Source of the DNA: an uncultured bacterium
Lineage (GTDB): Bacteria > Krumholzibacteriota > Krumholzibacteriia > JACNKJ01
NCBI GenBank assembly: GCA_963695095.1
Contig: CAVOFT010000001.1
Coordinates: 1,344,001 to 1,408,000 of the forward strand
DNA length: 64,000 bases
Reading direction: 5' to 3'
Part shown: positions 1 through 12,458 of the stretch, one piece after another
Position numbering within the stretch: position 1 is the stretch's first letter
Layout of the letters: the number at the start of each line of letters is the position of its first letter
The notes under the pieces: model-generated
Database searches by the model: none
What the model saw: the letters and a program-made list of their open reading frames with translations, nothing else
What the model was told of the DNA's origin: nothing
Program-made: the position numbers and the translations under genes

Positions 1-77
1 GGACGCACAGCGTGGACGGCCTGAGCGAGAACGACTTCATCCTCGCCGCCAAGATCGAGGCCCTGCCCCGGGCCTAG
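1..77 (+). CDS. phhB: Pterin-4-alpha-carbinolamine dehydratase, C-terminal end (5' truncated by the window edge)
   Basis: Frame from base 3 reads [24 protein letters not shown], matching the typical PCD C-terminal motif TH..GGL(S/T)ENDF.LAA.I; phhA lies 2 kb away. Confidence 0.8.
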   Translation, partial: THSVDGLSENDFILAAKIEALPRA

Positions 78-87
78 CGCGTCCTGC

Positions 88-1848
<1,761 letters not shown>

Positions 1849-2035
1849 ATCCTGTCCTTCGAGATGGCGATCCTTCCAAGTCAGTTATCGGACTGGGAAG
1901 GCGGGGCTTTAGTCATCTCGCAGCGACAGTTGCCGCGCGCGCCGAGCGTTGCGCGCGCGGCCCCGAGAGGGCGCAGGAGGGAGCCCGGTCGGGGCAGGCG
2001 TCACCGGCCGGGAGGGTGAAGCGCGGCGAATTCGT

Positions 2036-2764
2036 TCAGTGCAGATAACGCTGACGGTATTCGCTCAGGGCCTGGTAGAGCTGCTGGTAGGAGTCGATCA
2101 CGAAGAGGATGGGCTGGTAGTGGTCGATCTCGAAGTCCTGTGCGATCACGCGCTCGAGATCGAAGTCCACGCGCTCCACCTCGGGGCTCTCCAGGCAGTG
2201 CCTGCCCTCGCCCGGGGAGGAGATGAGCCCGCTGCCATAGAGCTTGAGCGCCCCGGCCTCGCGGATCAGACCGAACTCCACGGTGAACCAGAACAGGCGC
2301 TGCAGCTCGGCGAGCCGCGGCTCGCCGCCGCAGTCCAGCGCGGCGGCTCCGTAGGCCTGCAGGAAGTCGCCGAAGATCTTGTTCGCGTGCATGGGCACGT
2401 GCCCGAACACGTCGTGGAAGATATCGGGTTCGGGCAGATAGTCGAGCTGCTCGCGCGGGCGCACGGTGATGGTGGTCGGGAAATCGCGACGGGCCAGGCA
2501 GGCGAAGAAGTCGTCGGCGGGGATGTAGCCGGGCACGGCCCGCGAGGTCCAGCCGGTCACCGGCCCCAGGCGGGCGTTGATGTCGCTGAGCTGGGGAACG
2601 CGGTCGGCGTAGATCTCCAGGGTGCGCAGGCCATCCAGGTAGGCCTGGCTCGCCTGCTCCTTGAGCTCGGCCATGCGCCGGTCGTAGAGCAGCTTCCAGA
2701 CCGCGTGGTTCTCGGGCGTGTAGCGGGCGTAGTCCTGGTCGATGAAGGCGATCGGCACGGGCAA
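2036..2764 (-). CDS. phhA: Phenylalanine 4-monooxygenase (aromatic amino-acid hydroxylase)
   Basis: PEPDIFHDVFGHVPM and WFTVEFGL iron-ligand motifs, YGSGLISS. The AGGAGA RBS favours the GTG at 2758 as the start. Confidence 0.92.
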   Translation of the reverse strand: MPVPIAFIDQDYARYTPENHAVWKLLYDRRMAELKEQASQAYLDGLRTLEIYADRVPQLSDINARLGPVTGWTSRAVPGYIPADDFFACLARRDFPTTITVRPREQLDYLPEPDIFHDVFGHVPMHANKIFGDFLQAYGAAALDCGGEPRLAELQRLFWFTVEFGLIREAGALKLYGSGLISSPGEGRHCLESPEVERVDFDLERVIAQDFEIDHYQPILFVIDSYQQLYQALSEYRQRYLH

Positions 2765-2947
2765 TCTCCTCGGAACGGACCCTGAGGCATTTCCTTAGCC
2801 TGGGCCGCCAGCCATGCTTTTGCATAATAATTCCGGAATCAGGCGCCCCGCGTCAAGGCCAAAGCCCCGGGGAGGCCGCCTTGCGAGGCGCGAGCACCTC
2901 GACTACCCTGCGCAGGCCGTCCCTCCGGGCGGTGGGGAGGACCGTCC

Positions 2948-3622
2948 ATGCCCGAGAGCGATCCGAGAATCCTGGAGCTGCGCGCCTCGCCGCTCTTTCG
3001 CCATCTGCCGGCGGCGGACCTGGCCGGTATCGCTCCGGAGCTGAGCCGGCGCGTCTACCTGCGCGGCCAGCGCATCGTCCAGCAGGGCGAGCCCGCCCGC
3101 GGCTTCTTCGTCATCCTCTTCGGGCGGGTGAAGATCCAGGTCAGCTCGGGTTCCGGCAAGGAGCAGGTCCTGCACTTCTTCGCCACCGGCGACAGCTTCG
3201 GCGAGGCGGCGATGCTGGCCGGCGGCGACTTCCACGCCGAGGCCGTGGCCATGGAGCGCACCCGCGTGGCCTACCTGCCCGCCGCGATCTTCCACCGCGA
3301 ACTCGAGGAACGGCCCGAGTTCGCGCGGCAGGTGCTGCTGTCGATGGCCAGGCGGCTCCTCGAGTTCTCCCACATCATCGAGGATCTCGCCATGCGGGAG
3401 GTCAAGGCGCGGCTGGCCTGCTACCTCCTGCGCGAGGGCCGCGGCCAGCGCGGACTCACGCTGCCGATGGGCAAAGGCGAGCTGGCCCAGCTCCTGGGCA
3501 CCACCGCCGAGAGCCTCTCGCGCTCCCTGCGCGTGCTGAGCGATCAGGGCGCGATCGCCGTCAAGGGCAAGCGCATCACCCTGCTCGACCCCGACGCCCT
3601 GCTCGACCTCGCCGGCAGCTAG
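2948..3622 (+). CDS. Crp/Fnr-family transcriptional regulator (Dnr/HcpR-like, no N-terminal Fe-S Cys cluster)
   Basis: cNMP-binding fold (GDSFGEAAM) and C-terminal HTH ELAQLLGTTAESLSRSL with the FNR-type E-x-x-SR recognition helix. Confidence 0.92.
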   Translation: MPESDPRILELRASPLFRHLPAADLAGIAPELSRRVYLRGQRIVQQGEPARGFFVILFGRVKIQVSSGSGKEQVLHFFATGDSFGEAAMLAGGDFHAEAVAMERTRVAYLPAAIFHRELEERPEFARQVLLSMARRLLEFSHIIEDLAMREVKARLACYLLREGRGQRGLTLPMGKGELAQLLGTTAESLSRSLRVLSDQGAIAVKGKRITLLDPDALLDLAGS

Positions 3623-3627
3623 CTTCC

Positions 3628-3669
3628 TTGACCTGAGTCAATGCCGCTCGGTCCGGCGCCGCTTACTGT
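3628..3669 (+). promoter_or_regulatory. Fnr-type binding palindrome TTGAC-N4-GTCAA with downstream -10 (class II promoter)
   Basis: TTGACCTGAGTCAA at 3628-3641 and TACTGT at 3664-3669. The box centre sits about 41.5 bp upstream of the expected TSS (~3676). Confidence 0.75.
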
Positions 3670-3704
3670 GGCGGGGCAGCGCTACTCTGAGCCAGGAGCT
3701 TGCC

Positions 3705-4364
3705 ATGGCCTGCAGCATCGGTCCCATCCACCAGTGGATCTTCGAACAGGCGCGCCGCGCCGAAGCGCGCGGCGAGCAACTCGCGGCCGCGCTGGCCGCA
3801 GCCGGGCAGCCGGGCGCGGCGGCCGCCTGGGCCGAGGCCTGGGCGCAGCATCCGGAAGCGCTGGGCAGCCAGCCCCTGGAGCGCTTCATCGGCGAGGGCG
3901 CCGTTCACACCGGCCTGGAAGGCCTGGTGGCGGCCGTCTGCGCGCGCGAGGCGGCGCTGTACCGCTTCGCCCTCGCCGCGGGTCCGGAGGCGATGGCCCT
4001 GTTCGCCGCGGCTCTGCGCGCCGACGGCCGCGAGCTCGGCGCGGCTGCAAGCAGGAACGGCGCCGCCGAGGACGCGCGCAGCCTCTTCGCCAGCCTGCGC
4101 GAGCACTGGCTCGAAGGCATGCCCTGTCACGTCGAGATCGAACTCGAGGTGGACGAGCCCGTCGAGGTCGCCTGGCGCCGGCGGGGGCAGCCGCTTGCCG
4201 CCTACTGGGGGCTCCCCGCGGAGGCGGCGGCGGGGCTGGCGACCCTGCACCTCGAGTGGATGGCTGCCTTCGTCGCCGCGGCCGGCGGCCGGCGCCTGGA
4301 GGCCAGGCCCTGGCCCGCCGGCGGCGAGGGGGGCCTCGCCCTGCGCATCCTGCCCGGCGACTGA
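3705..4364 (+). CDS. Conserved hypothetical protein (GPIHxW...H.GL...EGMPC motifs), probable target of the Crp/Fnr regulator
   Basis: AGGAG RBS and ATG, normal codon usage. The motif pattern recalls uncharacterised proteins found beside Crp/Fnr genes in anaerobes (from memory, not searched). Confidence 0.75.
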   Translation: MACSIGPIHQWIFEQARRAEARGEQLAAALAAAGQPGAAAAWAEAWAQHPEALGSQPLERFIGEGAVHTGLEGLVAAVCAREAALYRFALAAGPEAMALFAAALRADGRELGAAASRNGAAEDARSLFASLREHWLEGMPCHVEIELEVDEPVEVAWRRRGQPLAAYWGLPAEAAAGLATLHLEWMAAFVAAAGGRRLEARPWPAGGEGGLALRILPGD

Positions 4365-4373
4365 GTGCTTGCC

Positions 4374-4403
4374 TTGACGGGTCCGCAGGCGGCCTCCTAT
4401 ACT
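4374..4403 (+). promoter_or_regulatory. Sigma70-type promoter
   Basis: TTGACG-N18-TATACT upstream of the M6-like/porV pair. Confidence 0.7.
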
Positions 4404-4447
4404 CCCCGCGCCTGCCCAGCCCTACTCCCGTCGCCAGGTGGTTGTCT

Positions 4448-7400
4448 TTGCGCGCCTTGCACCGACGCCTGCCCCCTGCCTGCACACTGCTCACTCTGCT
4501 GGCCGCCTTGCTCCTGGCCGCCCCGGGGCGTCTGTGCGCCGGCCCCGTGCCGGCCCCTGTCCTGACCGGCTACTCCGCGGCCCCGGCCCCGCCCAGCCGC
4601 GCCCTCGGCGAGCGCCAGCGCGCTCGGCTGGAGGCCCTGCTCGCCGGCGCACCGGCAGCGCGCGAGCGGGCCACGCTGCGCTGGCTGGGCATTCTCGTCG
4701 CCTTCACCGACCGCGGCTTTCCGGAGAGCTATGCCGAGGACTTCGATCCCCTGAACGTGCTGGGCTACCCCGACTCCGTGGTGGTCACGCCCCGCGCCGC
4801 GTGGTTCGCCAATACGCTGGCCCGCGCCGCCGACTACTACGCCACGGTATCCGCCGGGCGCGTCGAGGTGCTGCCGACCCTGGCCGACGGCGTCCTCACG
4901 CTCAGCGGCAGCATGGCTCACTACGGCGACGACAGTGCGCTGAGCTGGGAAGAGGGCGCGCGGCGCCTGGCCGCCGAGGTGGTGGACTCGTTGGACGCCG
5001 CCCTCGATTTCTCCGCCTACGACCTGGTCACCTTCATCCACGCGGGGCCGGGCCAGGAGTCCGATCTCCTGCGCAACTCCACCGATCAGCTCTGGAGCGG
5101 CTACCTCGACTTCGCCTCCCTGAGCGAGGCCTTCGCCGACTCCCTGCCCGAGGCCCCCGTCGAGGGCTGGCCGGGCATCCCCACCGACGACGGCGGCTTC
5201 GTGCTCGAGCGCTTCAGCATCGCGCCCGAGCTGGAAGTGGAAGAGCAGCTGACGCCGCCCTACGTCCTGGGCACCCTGGGCGTCTACGCGCACCAGCTCG
5301 GCAGCTACCTGGGCCTGGTCAGCCTCAACGACCTCGTCGAGCCGCGCGGGCAGGGGGCGGGCAATTTCGATCTCATGAGCAGCGGCCTCTGGAATGCGCT
5401 GGGCTTCGTGCCGGGCCCGCCCTCGGCCTTCAATCGCCGCCTGCTCGGCTGGGCCGAGGCGGACACGATCAGCCAGACGGCAGCTTCCGGCAGCGGCCTG
5501 GAGTGCACCCTGGCGAGCTGGGAGCAGGGCGCGACGGGCACGCTGCTGATCGCGCCCATCTCCGAGCGCGAGTACTTCCTGATCGAGAACCGCAACCAGG
5601 ATGCCGACGGCAGCGACAGCTTCAGCTTCGCCGATGCCAACGGCAATCACCTGCCCGACAACGCCGAGTCCCTCCTGGGCGCCGAGTTCGACTACTTCAC
5701 GACCCAGTACAACGCGAGCGACCAGACGCCGGGCAGCGGCCTCTTCGTCTGGCGCATCGACGAGGAGTTCGTCCGCCTCACCTTCGAGCTCGATTTCAAC
5801 CTGATCAACGCCTACAACGATCACTACGGCGTGGCGCTGCTCGAAGCGGACGGCTATCCGGACCTGGCCACCTTCAGCTTCGACGAGAACGCCTACGGCG
5901 GCGACTACGACGCCTTCCGGGCCGCCGGCGGGCCGAACGCGCTCATCGCCACGCAGACGGCGATCGACGAGGCGAGCCTGCCCTCCACGCGCAGCGCCGA
6001 AGGCGCCGACACCGGCTGGCGCCTGAGTGCGATCGGCCCCCACGGGCCGACCATGGACTTCACCCTGCGCTGGGAGCAGGGCGGTTGGCCGCGCAGCGAG
6101 CAGCGCCTGGCCGGGCGCCTGCCGCTGGGCGATCCCCTGGTCGCCGAGCTTCTGGCCGACGCGGGCGGCGCGCTCGAGTTCGCCTTCCTCGCCAGGGGCA
6201 CCGAGCTGGCCGCGGATTCGCTCTTCGTCTATGTGCAAGCCGACGCGCCCAGCGGCGAACTGGCAGCGCCCCTGCTCGTCGCCGCGCTGGCCGGCGAGCC
6301 GGCGGGGGCCCTCGCTGCCGGCGACCTCGACGGCGACGCCCTGGCCGAGCTCGTGCTGCTCTGTGCGGACGGCCGCCTCTTCGCCTGGCGCGGCGACGGC
6401 GAGAGCCTGGGCGCTGCGCCTGACGCCCCGATCGCCGCCCTGGGAGCGGCCTCCACGGGTCCCCTGCTGGTCAGCTTGGCGGCCCTGGAGACAGATCTGC
6501 GCCACCGTGCGGGTGAGCAGGCCATTCTGGTGATCGAGGATCTGCCTGACGATGGGAGCCTCGGCTTCAGCCGCTGCCTGCCGCGCTGCTTCCTCGGCAC
6601 GGGGGAGGAACTGGACCTGAGCGGCGAGGGTCTGTCCTGGGGCGAGCCGCTGGCCGGCCTGCCGCTGAGCGATCCGGCACTCTGCCTGCAGGTCCCGCCC
6701 GCCGGGCGCGGCTACGCCCATTCGGAGCCCCTGCTGCCCGGCTTCGCGCTGGTGCTGGCCGACACCGCTGCCGCCACAACCCGCGCCGTGTGGCTGGCAG
6801 CGCCATCCACCCGCGCCGCAGGCTGGCCGGCCCTCGCCGAACTCGAGTTGCCCATGGGCAGCGATCCGGCCGTCCAGCTCGCGGCGGGCGATCTGGACGC
6901 CGACGGTGTGGACGACCTGCTCGTCGAGGCGGGAGGCGGCCTCCGGCTCTGGTTCCCCGCCGGCCGCTATGGCGGCGAGGGCGAAGGCGAAGTTGCCTTC
7001 GCGAGCGACCTCGTCACCGGCGATGCCCTCGCCCTCCTGCCTGCCGCCCTCGCGGGCGACGGGACGCTAGCCGCTCTGGCGGCGGGCGCGGGGCGCCTGG
7101 GCGCCTGCGGGCCGGAGGGTAGCGCCCTCGCCGACTGGGTGCTTTCCCCGTCCCAGACGGAGCCGGATCCCGGCCTCTGGGTGGATCCGGCGCGCTGGCT
7201 GCTGCTCTGGCGCGATGCGGCCGGTCGCGACCAGCCCCTGCTGGCCACCCTGGATGGACGCCTCTTCGTCGGCCGGGCGGATCTGGCCGCGGGCCTCGCC
7301 TCGCAGTTCCCGGGCGGCGATCTCGCAGGCAGCCCGGTGCTGGCCGACCTCGACGGCGACGGCCTCCTCGAACTGCGCGGCCTGAGCGGCTTCACGCCCG

Positions 7401-7849
7401 CCATCGCCAACACGGCGGGCGAGGACACCCTGGTCACGGGCAGTGCCCTGCGCGTCTGGCAGCTCGAGACGGAGCTGGCGGCCGCGGTGGAGCCTCCCTG
7501 GGCTCAGGGCGGTGGCGGCGCCGCGCGGCAGCGGCACCTGGCTGCCGCGGCCGCCCACGCGCCGGGGGCGGCGGGAACCGGCCGCTTGCTGGAGGCCTAC
7601 GCCTACCCGAATCCCGCCACCGATCGCGTGACCTGGCGCCTGCGCAGCTCGGCCCCGGACCGGGTGAGCGTGACGCTCTACGATCTCGAAGGGCAGCAGC
7701 GCCTGCAGATCAGCGGCAGCACGGACGGCTACAGCGCCTGGGAGCGCGAGACCTCGCTTGTCGGTCTCGCGCCGGGCGTGTATTTTTACACCCTACGCGC
7801 CGAGGGCGCAGGCGAGCTGAAGAGCGGCCGCCTGGCCATCCTGCGCTGA
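4448..7849 (+). CDS. Exported M6 (immune inhibitor A)-like protein with degenerate zinc motif, FG-GAP repeats and C-terminal FlgD-Ig/T9SS-type sorting domain
   Basis: Signal peptide, ILVAFTD, FIHAGPGQE, GVYAHQLGSYLGL (canonical HExGH), LMSSGLWN, EYFLIENR, three DLDGDG-type repeats and C-terminal AYPNP...LYDLEG...PGVYFY. Start is approximate (TTG after AGGTGG); the ORF-track start at 3641 overlaps the upstream gene. Confidence 0.8.
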   Translation: MRALHRRLPPACTLLTLLAALLLAAPGRLCAGPVPAPVLTGYSAAPAPPSRALGERQRARLEALLAGAPAARERATLRWLGILVAFTDRGFPESYAEDFDPLNVLGYPDSVVVTPRAAWFANTLARAADYYATVSAGRVEVLPTLADGVLTLSGSMAHYGDDSALSWEEGARRLAAEVVDSLDAALDFSAYDLVTFIHAGPGQESDLLRNSTDQLWSGYLDFASLSEAFADSLPEAPVEGWPGIPTDDGGFVLERFSIAPELEVEEQLTPPYVLGTLGVYAHQLGSYLGLVSLNDLVEPRGQGAGNFDLMSSGLWNALGFVPGPPSAFNRRLLGWAEADTISQTAASGSGLECTLASWEQGATGTLLIAPISEREYFLIENRNQDADGSDSFSFADANGNHLPDNAESLLGAEFDYFTTQYNASDQTPGSGLFVWRIDEEFVRLTFELDFNLINAYNDHYGVALLEADGYPDLATFSFDENAYGGDYDAFRAAGGPNALIATQTAIDEASLPSTRSAEGADTGWRLSAIGPHGPTMDFTLRWEQGGWPRSEQRLAGRLPLGDPLVAELLADAGGALEFAFLARGTELAADSLFVYVQADAPSGELAAPLLVAALAGEPAGALAAGDLDGDALAELVLLCADGRLFAWRGDGESLGAAPDAPIAALGAASTGPLLVSLAALETDLRHRAGEQAILVIEDLPDDGSLGFSRCLPRCFLGTGEELDLSGEGLSWGEPLAGLPLSDPALCLQVPPAGRGYAHSEPLLPGFALVLADTAAATTRAVWLAAPSTRAAGWPALAELELPMGSDPAVQLAAGDLDADGVDDLLVEAGGGLRLWFPAGRYGGEGEGEVAFASDLVTGDALALLPAALAGDGTLAALAAGAGRLGACGPEGSALADWVLSPSQTEPDPGLWVDPARWLLLWRDAAGRDQPLLATLDGRLFVGRADLAAGLASQFPGGDLAGSPVLADLDGDGLLELRGLSGFTPAIANTAGEDTLVTGSALRVWQLETELAAAVEPPWAQGGGGAARQRHLAAAAAHAPGAAGTGRLLEAYAYPNPATDRVTWRLRSSAPDRVSVTLYDLEGQQRLQISGSTDGYSAWERETSLVGLAPGVYFYTLRAEGAGELKSGRLAILR

Positions 7850-7870
7850 GTGGGAATCGATGGAGGAACA

Positions 7871-8824
7871 ATGCGCGCGCGCACCCTGGCTGCTACCCTG
7901 TTGCTCCTGCTCGTCGCTGCGTCCGCGGCTGCCTATGAACCCGGCACCTCGGGTCTGCTCTTCCTGCGCCTCGGCGTCGGCGAGCGCGCGGCCGGCATGG
8001 GCGAGGCCTACACGGCCCTGGCCGCCGATGCCACGGCCCTCTACTGGAATCCGGCCGGCCTGGCAGCGGTGCCCCGGACGCAGGTGCATCTCATGCACAA
8101 CGAGTGGATCGCCTCGGTGCGCCAGGAGTTCGTGGGACTGGCTCATCCCACCCGCTTGGGTACCTTTGCCCTGGGCCTGACGGGGCTCAGCATGGACGAG
8201 CTCGAGTTGCGCGAGGAAGTGCCCAGCAGCGAGCCGCTCGGCCACTTCTCGGCCTTCGACATCGCCGTGCACGGCGGCTTTGGCCGCGAGCTCGTGCCGG
8301 GCGTGCAGGCGGGGATCGGCCTCAAGTGGATCTACAGCCGCCTCTACGAGGAGAACGCCAAGGGCTTTCTCGTCGATATCGGCCTGCGCCATCAGGCGAA
8401 GATCCCCGGACTGACCCTGGGCGCGGCGCTCCTGCACTTCGGCCCCAAGTTCAAGTACGTCAGCGAGGAGTTCGACGCGCCGCGCACGGTCAAGCTGGGC
8501 GCGGCCTGGCTGGCCCCCGCGCATCCCGCCGGTGGCGACCTGCGCTTCGCCTATGACTTGCTCCTGCTCAGCGACAGCGATACGGCCAGCGATGCCGAGC
8601 TCGGCGAGAGCAAGAGCCTCAATGCCCGCCATCACGTCGGCGCCGAGTTCGACTACCAGGGCCTGGCGGCCCTTCGCCTGGGCTACAAGGCCGGCTACGA
8701 CTCCCAGGGCCTCAGCGTGGGCGCCGGTCTGCACTGGCAGCAGGTGACCTTCGACTACGCCTTCCTGGCCGTGGCGAACGACCTGGGCAGCGCGCATCGG
8801 CTCGGGCTCACCCTCGATCTCTAG
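7871..8824 (+). CDS. PorV/PorQ-family outer-membrane beta-barrel
   Basis: GGAGG RBS, signal peptide, FLRLGVGERAAGMGEA...ALYWNPAGLA signature, alternating beta-strands and terminal DYAF...HRLGLTLDL. Confidence 0.85.
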   Translation: MRARTLAATLLLLLVAASAAAYEPGTSGLLFLRLGVGERAAGMGEAYTALAADATALYWNPAGLAAVPRTQVHLMHNEWIASVRQEFVGLAHPTRLGTFALGLTGLSMDELELREEVPSSEPLGHFSAFDIAVHGGFGRELVPGVQAGIGLKWIYSRLYEENAKGFLVDIGLRHQAKIPGLTLGAALLHFGPKFKYVSEEFDAPRTVKLGAAWLAPAHPAGGDLRFAYDLLLLSDSDTASDAELGESKSLNARHHVGAEFDYQGLAALRLGYKAGYDSQGLSVGAGLHWQQVTFDYAFLAVANDLGSAHRLGLTLDL

Positions 8825-8848
8825 ACCAGCCGGGTCTCGGCAGCGGCC

Positions 8849-9670
8849 TCACTCGGCGCTGCGGCCCTCGCTCGTCGCCTCGGGACGGATGGCGCAGCGG
8901 GCCCTCTGATCCGGGTCGGCGACCGGCTCGACCGGATAGCGGCGGCCGCGATCATCGTGCAGGGCGAGTTCGCCTTCGGCCAGGCGCGCGTAGCTGAAGC
9001 GGCGGATCCAGTCGCCGAGGCAAAGCAGATCCCACTGCCGATAGCGCCAATGAAAGCCCAGGTGCAGGTGCCCGAAGATGAGGGCATCGAAGCGCTCATC
9101 CAGAAGGCGCTTGAGCTGCAAGGGGCGCAGCGCCCGGCCGCGCTCCTGCTCGTAGGCTTCCAGCCTGCGGCTGCCCTGCGAGAGTCGGTCGGCAGCCCAG
9201 AGGGTGAAGTCGGGGTGGAGGAGGCGGGCGGCGGCAACGAAGGCGGGGTTGCGGATGATGGCCTTGAGCGCCAGGTAGCCGCGATCGCCGCTGAGGCTCT
9301 CATCGCCATGGTCCACGCGCAGGCGGCGCCCCTGGTGCTCGGCGATGAGGCCGCCGGGCGCGAGCTGCCAGCCGAACTCGTCGCGGAGGTGGCGACCCAG
9401 CCAGTAATCGTGATTGCCGCCGATCAGGGTGATGCCCGTGCCGGCCAGCGCGAGTTGCCGGAGCGGCATCAGCACATCGGCGAAGCCGGCGGGCATGACC
9501 CGGCGATACTCGAACCAGAAGTCGAAGAGGTCCCCGGCGATGTAGAGGTGCTCGGCGTCCCCGAGCCCCTCGAGGAAGCGGGCGAAGCGGCGGCGTTTCT
9601 CGCGTTCCCGGTCCGAATCCCGCGCGCTGAAGTGCGCATCCGAGACGAAGTAGACGGCGGCTCCGGGCAT
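8849..9670 (-). CDS. lpxH: UDP-2,3-diacylglucosamine diphosphatase
   Basis: Metallophosphoesterase motifs SDAH, GDLFDFW, GNHD, HGD and FGHLH, plus LGDW. Confidence 0.85.
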   Translation of the reverse strand: MPGAAVYFVSDAHFSARDSDREREKRRRFARFLEGLGDAEHLYIAGDLFDFWFEYRRVMPAGFADVLMPLRQLALAGTGITLIGGNHDYWLGRHLRDEFGWQLAPGGLIAEHQGRRLRVDHGDESLSGDRGYLALKAIIRNPAFVAAARLLHPDFTLWAADRLSQGSRRLEAYEQERGRALRPLQLKRLLDERFDALIFGHLHLGFHWRYRQWDLLCLGDWIRRFSYARLAEGELALHDDRGRRYPVEPVADPDQRARCAIRPEATSEGRSAE

Positions 9671-9820
9671 CGGGCATCTCCAGGACCGGGTTGGAGGCGA
9701 GGCTAGGCCATCGCTGGGCCCGGCCCAAGGAAAAAGCGGGAACTAGCGTAGTGGGTTCGCGTTTGGTCTCCACTTCAGAGCGAGGCAGGGCGGCATCAAC
9801 CCTTGGCCGCCAGGAAGTCA

Positions 9821-9849
9821 TTGCTTCCATCGCCTAACAAGGATAGAAT
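9821..9849 (+). promoter_or_regulatory. Sigma70-type promoter
   Basis: TTGCTT-N17-TAGAAT ahead of the HtrA gene. Confidence 0.55.
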
Positions 9850-9867
9850 TCGGAATAGGGAAGTGCC

Positions 9868-11343
<1,476 letters not shown>

Positions 11344-11418
11344 GGGGGCCACCCGCCCCACGGAACCACCCCTGCTGGAGAGGTTCAGCCGCGCAAGCGG
11401 CGAGCGAAAGGAGCGGCC

Positions 11419-12279
11419 ATGAGAGGCGAGCGCGAACCGATCCGGCACAGCGGCGAACTCAGCTTGGACATCTATCTCAAGCAGATTCACGACATACCGC
11501 TGTTGACACGGGAGGGCGAGGCGGACCTGGCCAGGCGCATCCGCGCCGGCGAGAGGGCGGCACTGGCGAAGCTGGTGGAATCGAATCTGCGCTTCGTCGT
11601 CTCGGTGGCGAAGCAGTACGCCGGCCAGGGGCTCAGCCTCACCGACCTCATCAACGAGGGCAACATCGGACTCATCCGGGCCGCCGAGCGCTTCGACGAG
11701 AAGCGCGGCTTCAAGTTCATCAGCTACGCGGTCTGGTGGGTGCGCCAGGCGATGCTGCAGGCCCTGGCCGAGCAGTCGCGCATCTTTCGCGTGCCGCTGA
11801 ACCGGGCCACCACGCTCTATCGGCTGGGCAAGGTGCAGCAGCGCCTGACCCAGGACCTCGGCCGCGAGCCGACCGTGGAGGAGATCGCCGAGCGCCTGAA
11901 GATCAGCCGCCAGGAGGCGCGCGGCACGCTGGACATCGCGAACGTGCCGCTGTCCATGGACGAGTCCTACGGCGAGGACGAGGAGAATCCTCTGCGCGAC
12001 TACTTGCGCGACGAGGCGGCCGAAACGCCGGATGCCGACACCTACCGGCGTACCCTGAGCGAGGACGTGGAGCGCGTGCTCACCGAGCTGCCGGAGCGGG
12101 AGCGGGCGATCCTCATCTACTACTTCGGGATCGGAGGGCAGGAGCCGGAGACGCTCGAGCGCATCGGCGAGCGCTTCGCCCTCACGCGCGAGCGCATCCG
12201 CCAGATCAAGGAGGAGACGCTCCAGAAACTGCGGGCCTCCCGGCAGGGTCAGGGTCTACGCAGCTACCTCGAGTCCTGA
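11419..12279 (+). CDS. Short RpoD/SigA-family RNA polymerase sigma factor (lacks region 1.1)
   Basis: [35 protein letters not shown] and region 4 TRERIRQI. Confidence 0.93.
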   Translation: MRGEREPIRHSGELSLDIYLKQIHDIPLLTREGEADLARRIRAGERAALAKLVESNLRFVVSVAKQYAGQGLSLTDLINEGNIGLIRAAERFDEKRGFKFISYAVWWVRQAMLQALAEQSRIFRVPLNRATTLYRLGKVQQRLTQDLGREPTVEEIAERLKISRQEARGTLDIANVPLSMDESYGEDEENPLRDYLRDEAAETPDADTYRRTLSEDVERVLTELPERERAILIYYFGIGGQEPETLERIGERFALTRERIRQIKEETLQKLRASRQGQGLRSYLES

Positions 12280-12307
12280 ATTCTAGATCCCGAGCGGACT
12301 TAGGACG

Positions 12308-12344
12308 CGCGAGGGCCGATCGGCCCTCGCGTTTCCTCTTCTTT
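12308..12344 (+). terminator. Probable intrinsic terminator
   Basis: Perfect palindrome CGCGAGGGCCGATCGGCCCTCGCG followed by a pyrimidine/T-rich tract, just after the sigma factor gene. Confidence 0.7.
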
Positions 12345-12398
12345 CCCCATTCGGGAACGAAACATGCATATCTGCACTAGCCCCGCAATCCTTCGGCC

Positions 12399-12427
12399 TT
12401 GACAGCGCCGGTGCGAGCCCCTAGCTT
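12399..12427 (+). promoter_or_regulatory. Sigma70-type promoter
   Basis: TTGACA-N17-TAGCTT. Confidence 0.65.
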
Positions 12428-12458
12428 GGCTCCGTTTTCCCGCGAACCCTCGAGGATC

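Noticed and set aside
3641..4447. N-terminal extension of the 1402-aa ORF
   Set aside because: It overlaps the real gene at 3705-4364 and a promoter at 4374-4403; the signal peptide begins near 4448.
9671..9867. Possible ncRNA between lpxH and degP
   Set aside because: No recognisable RNA family features; the region is explained by divergent promoters.
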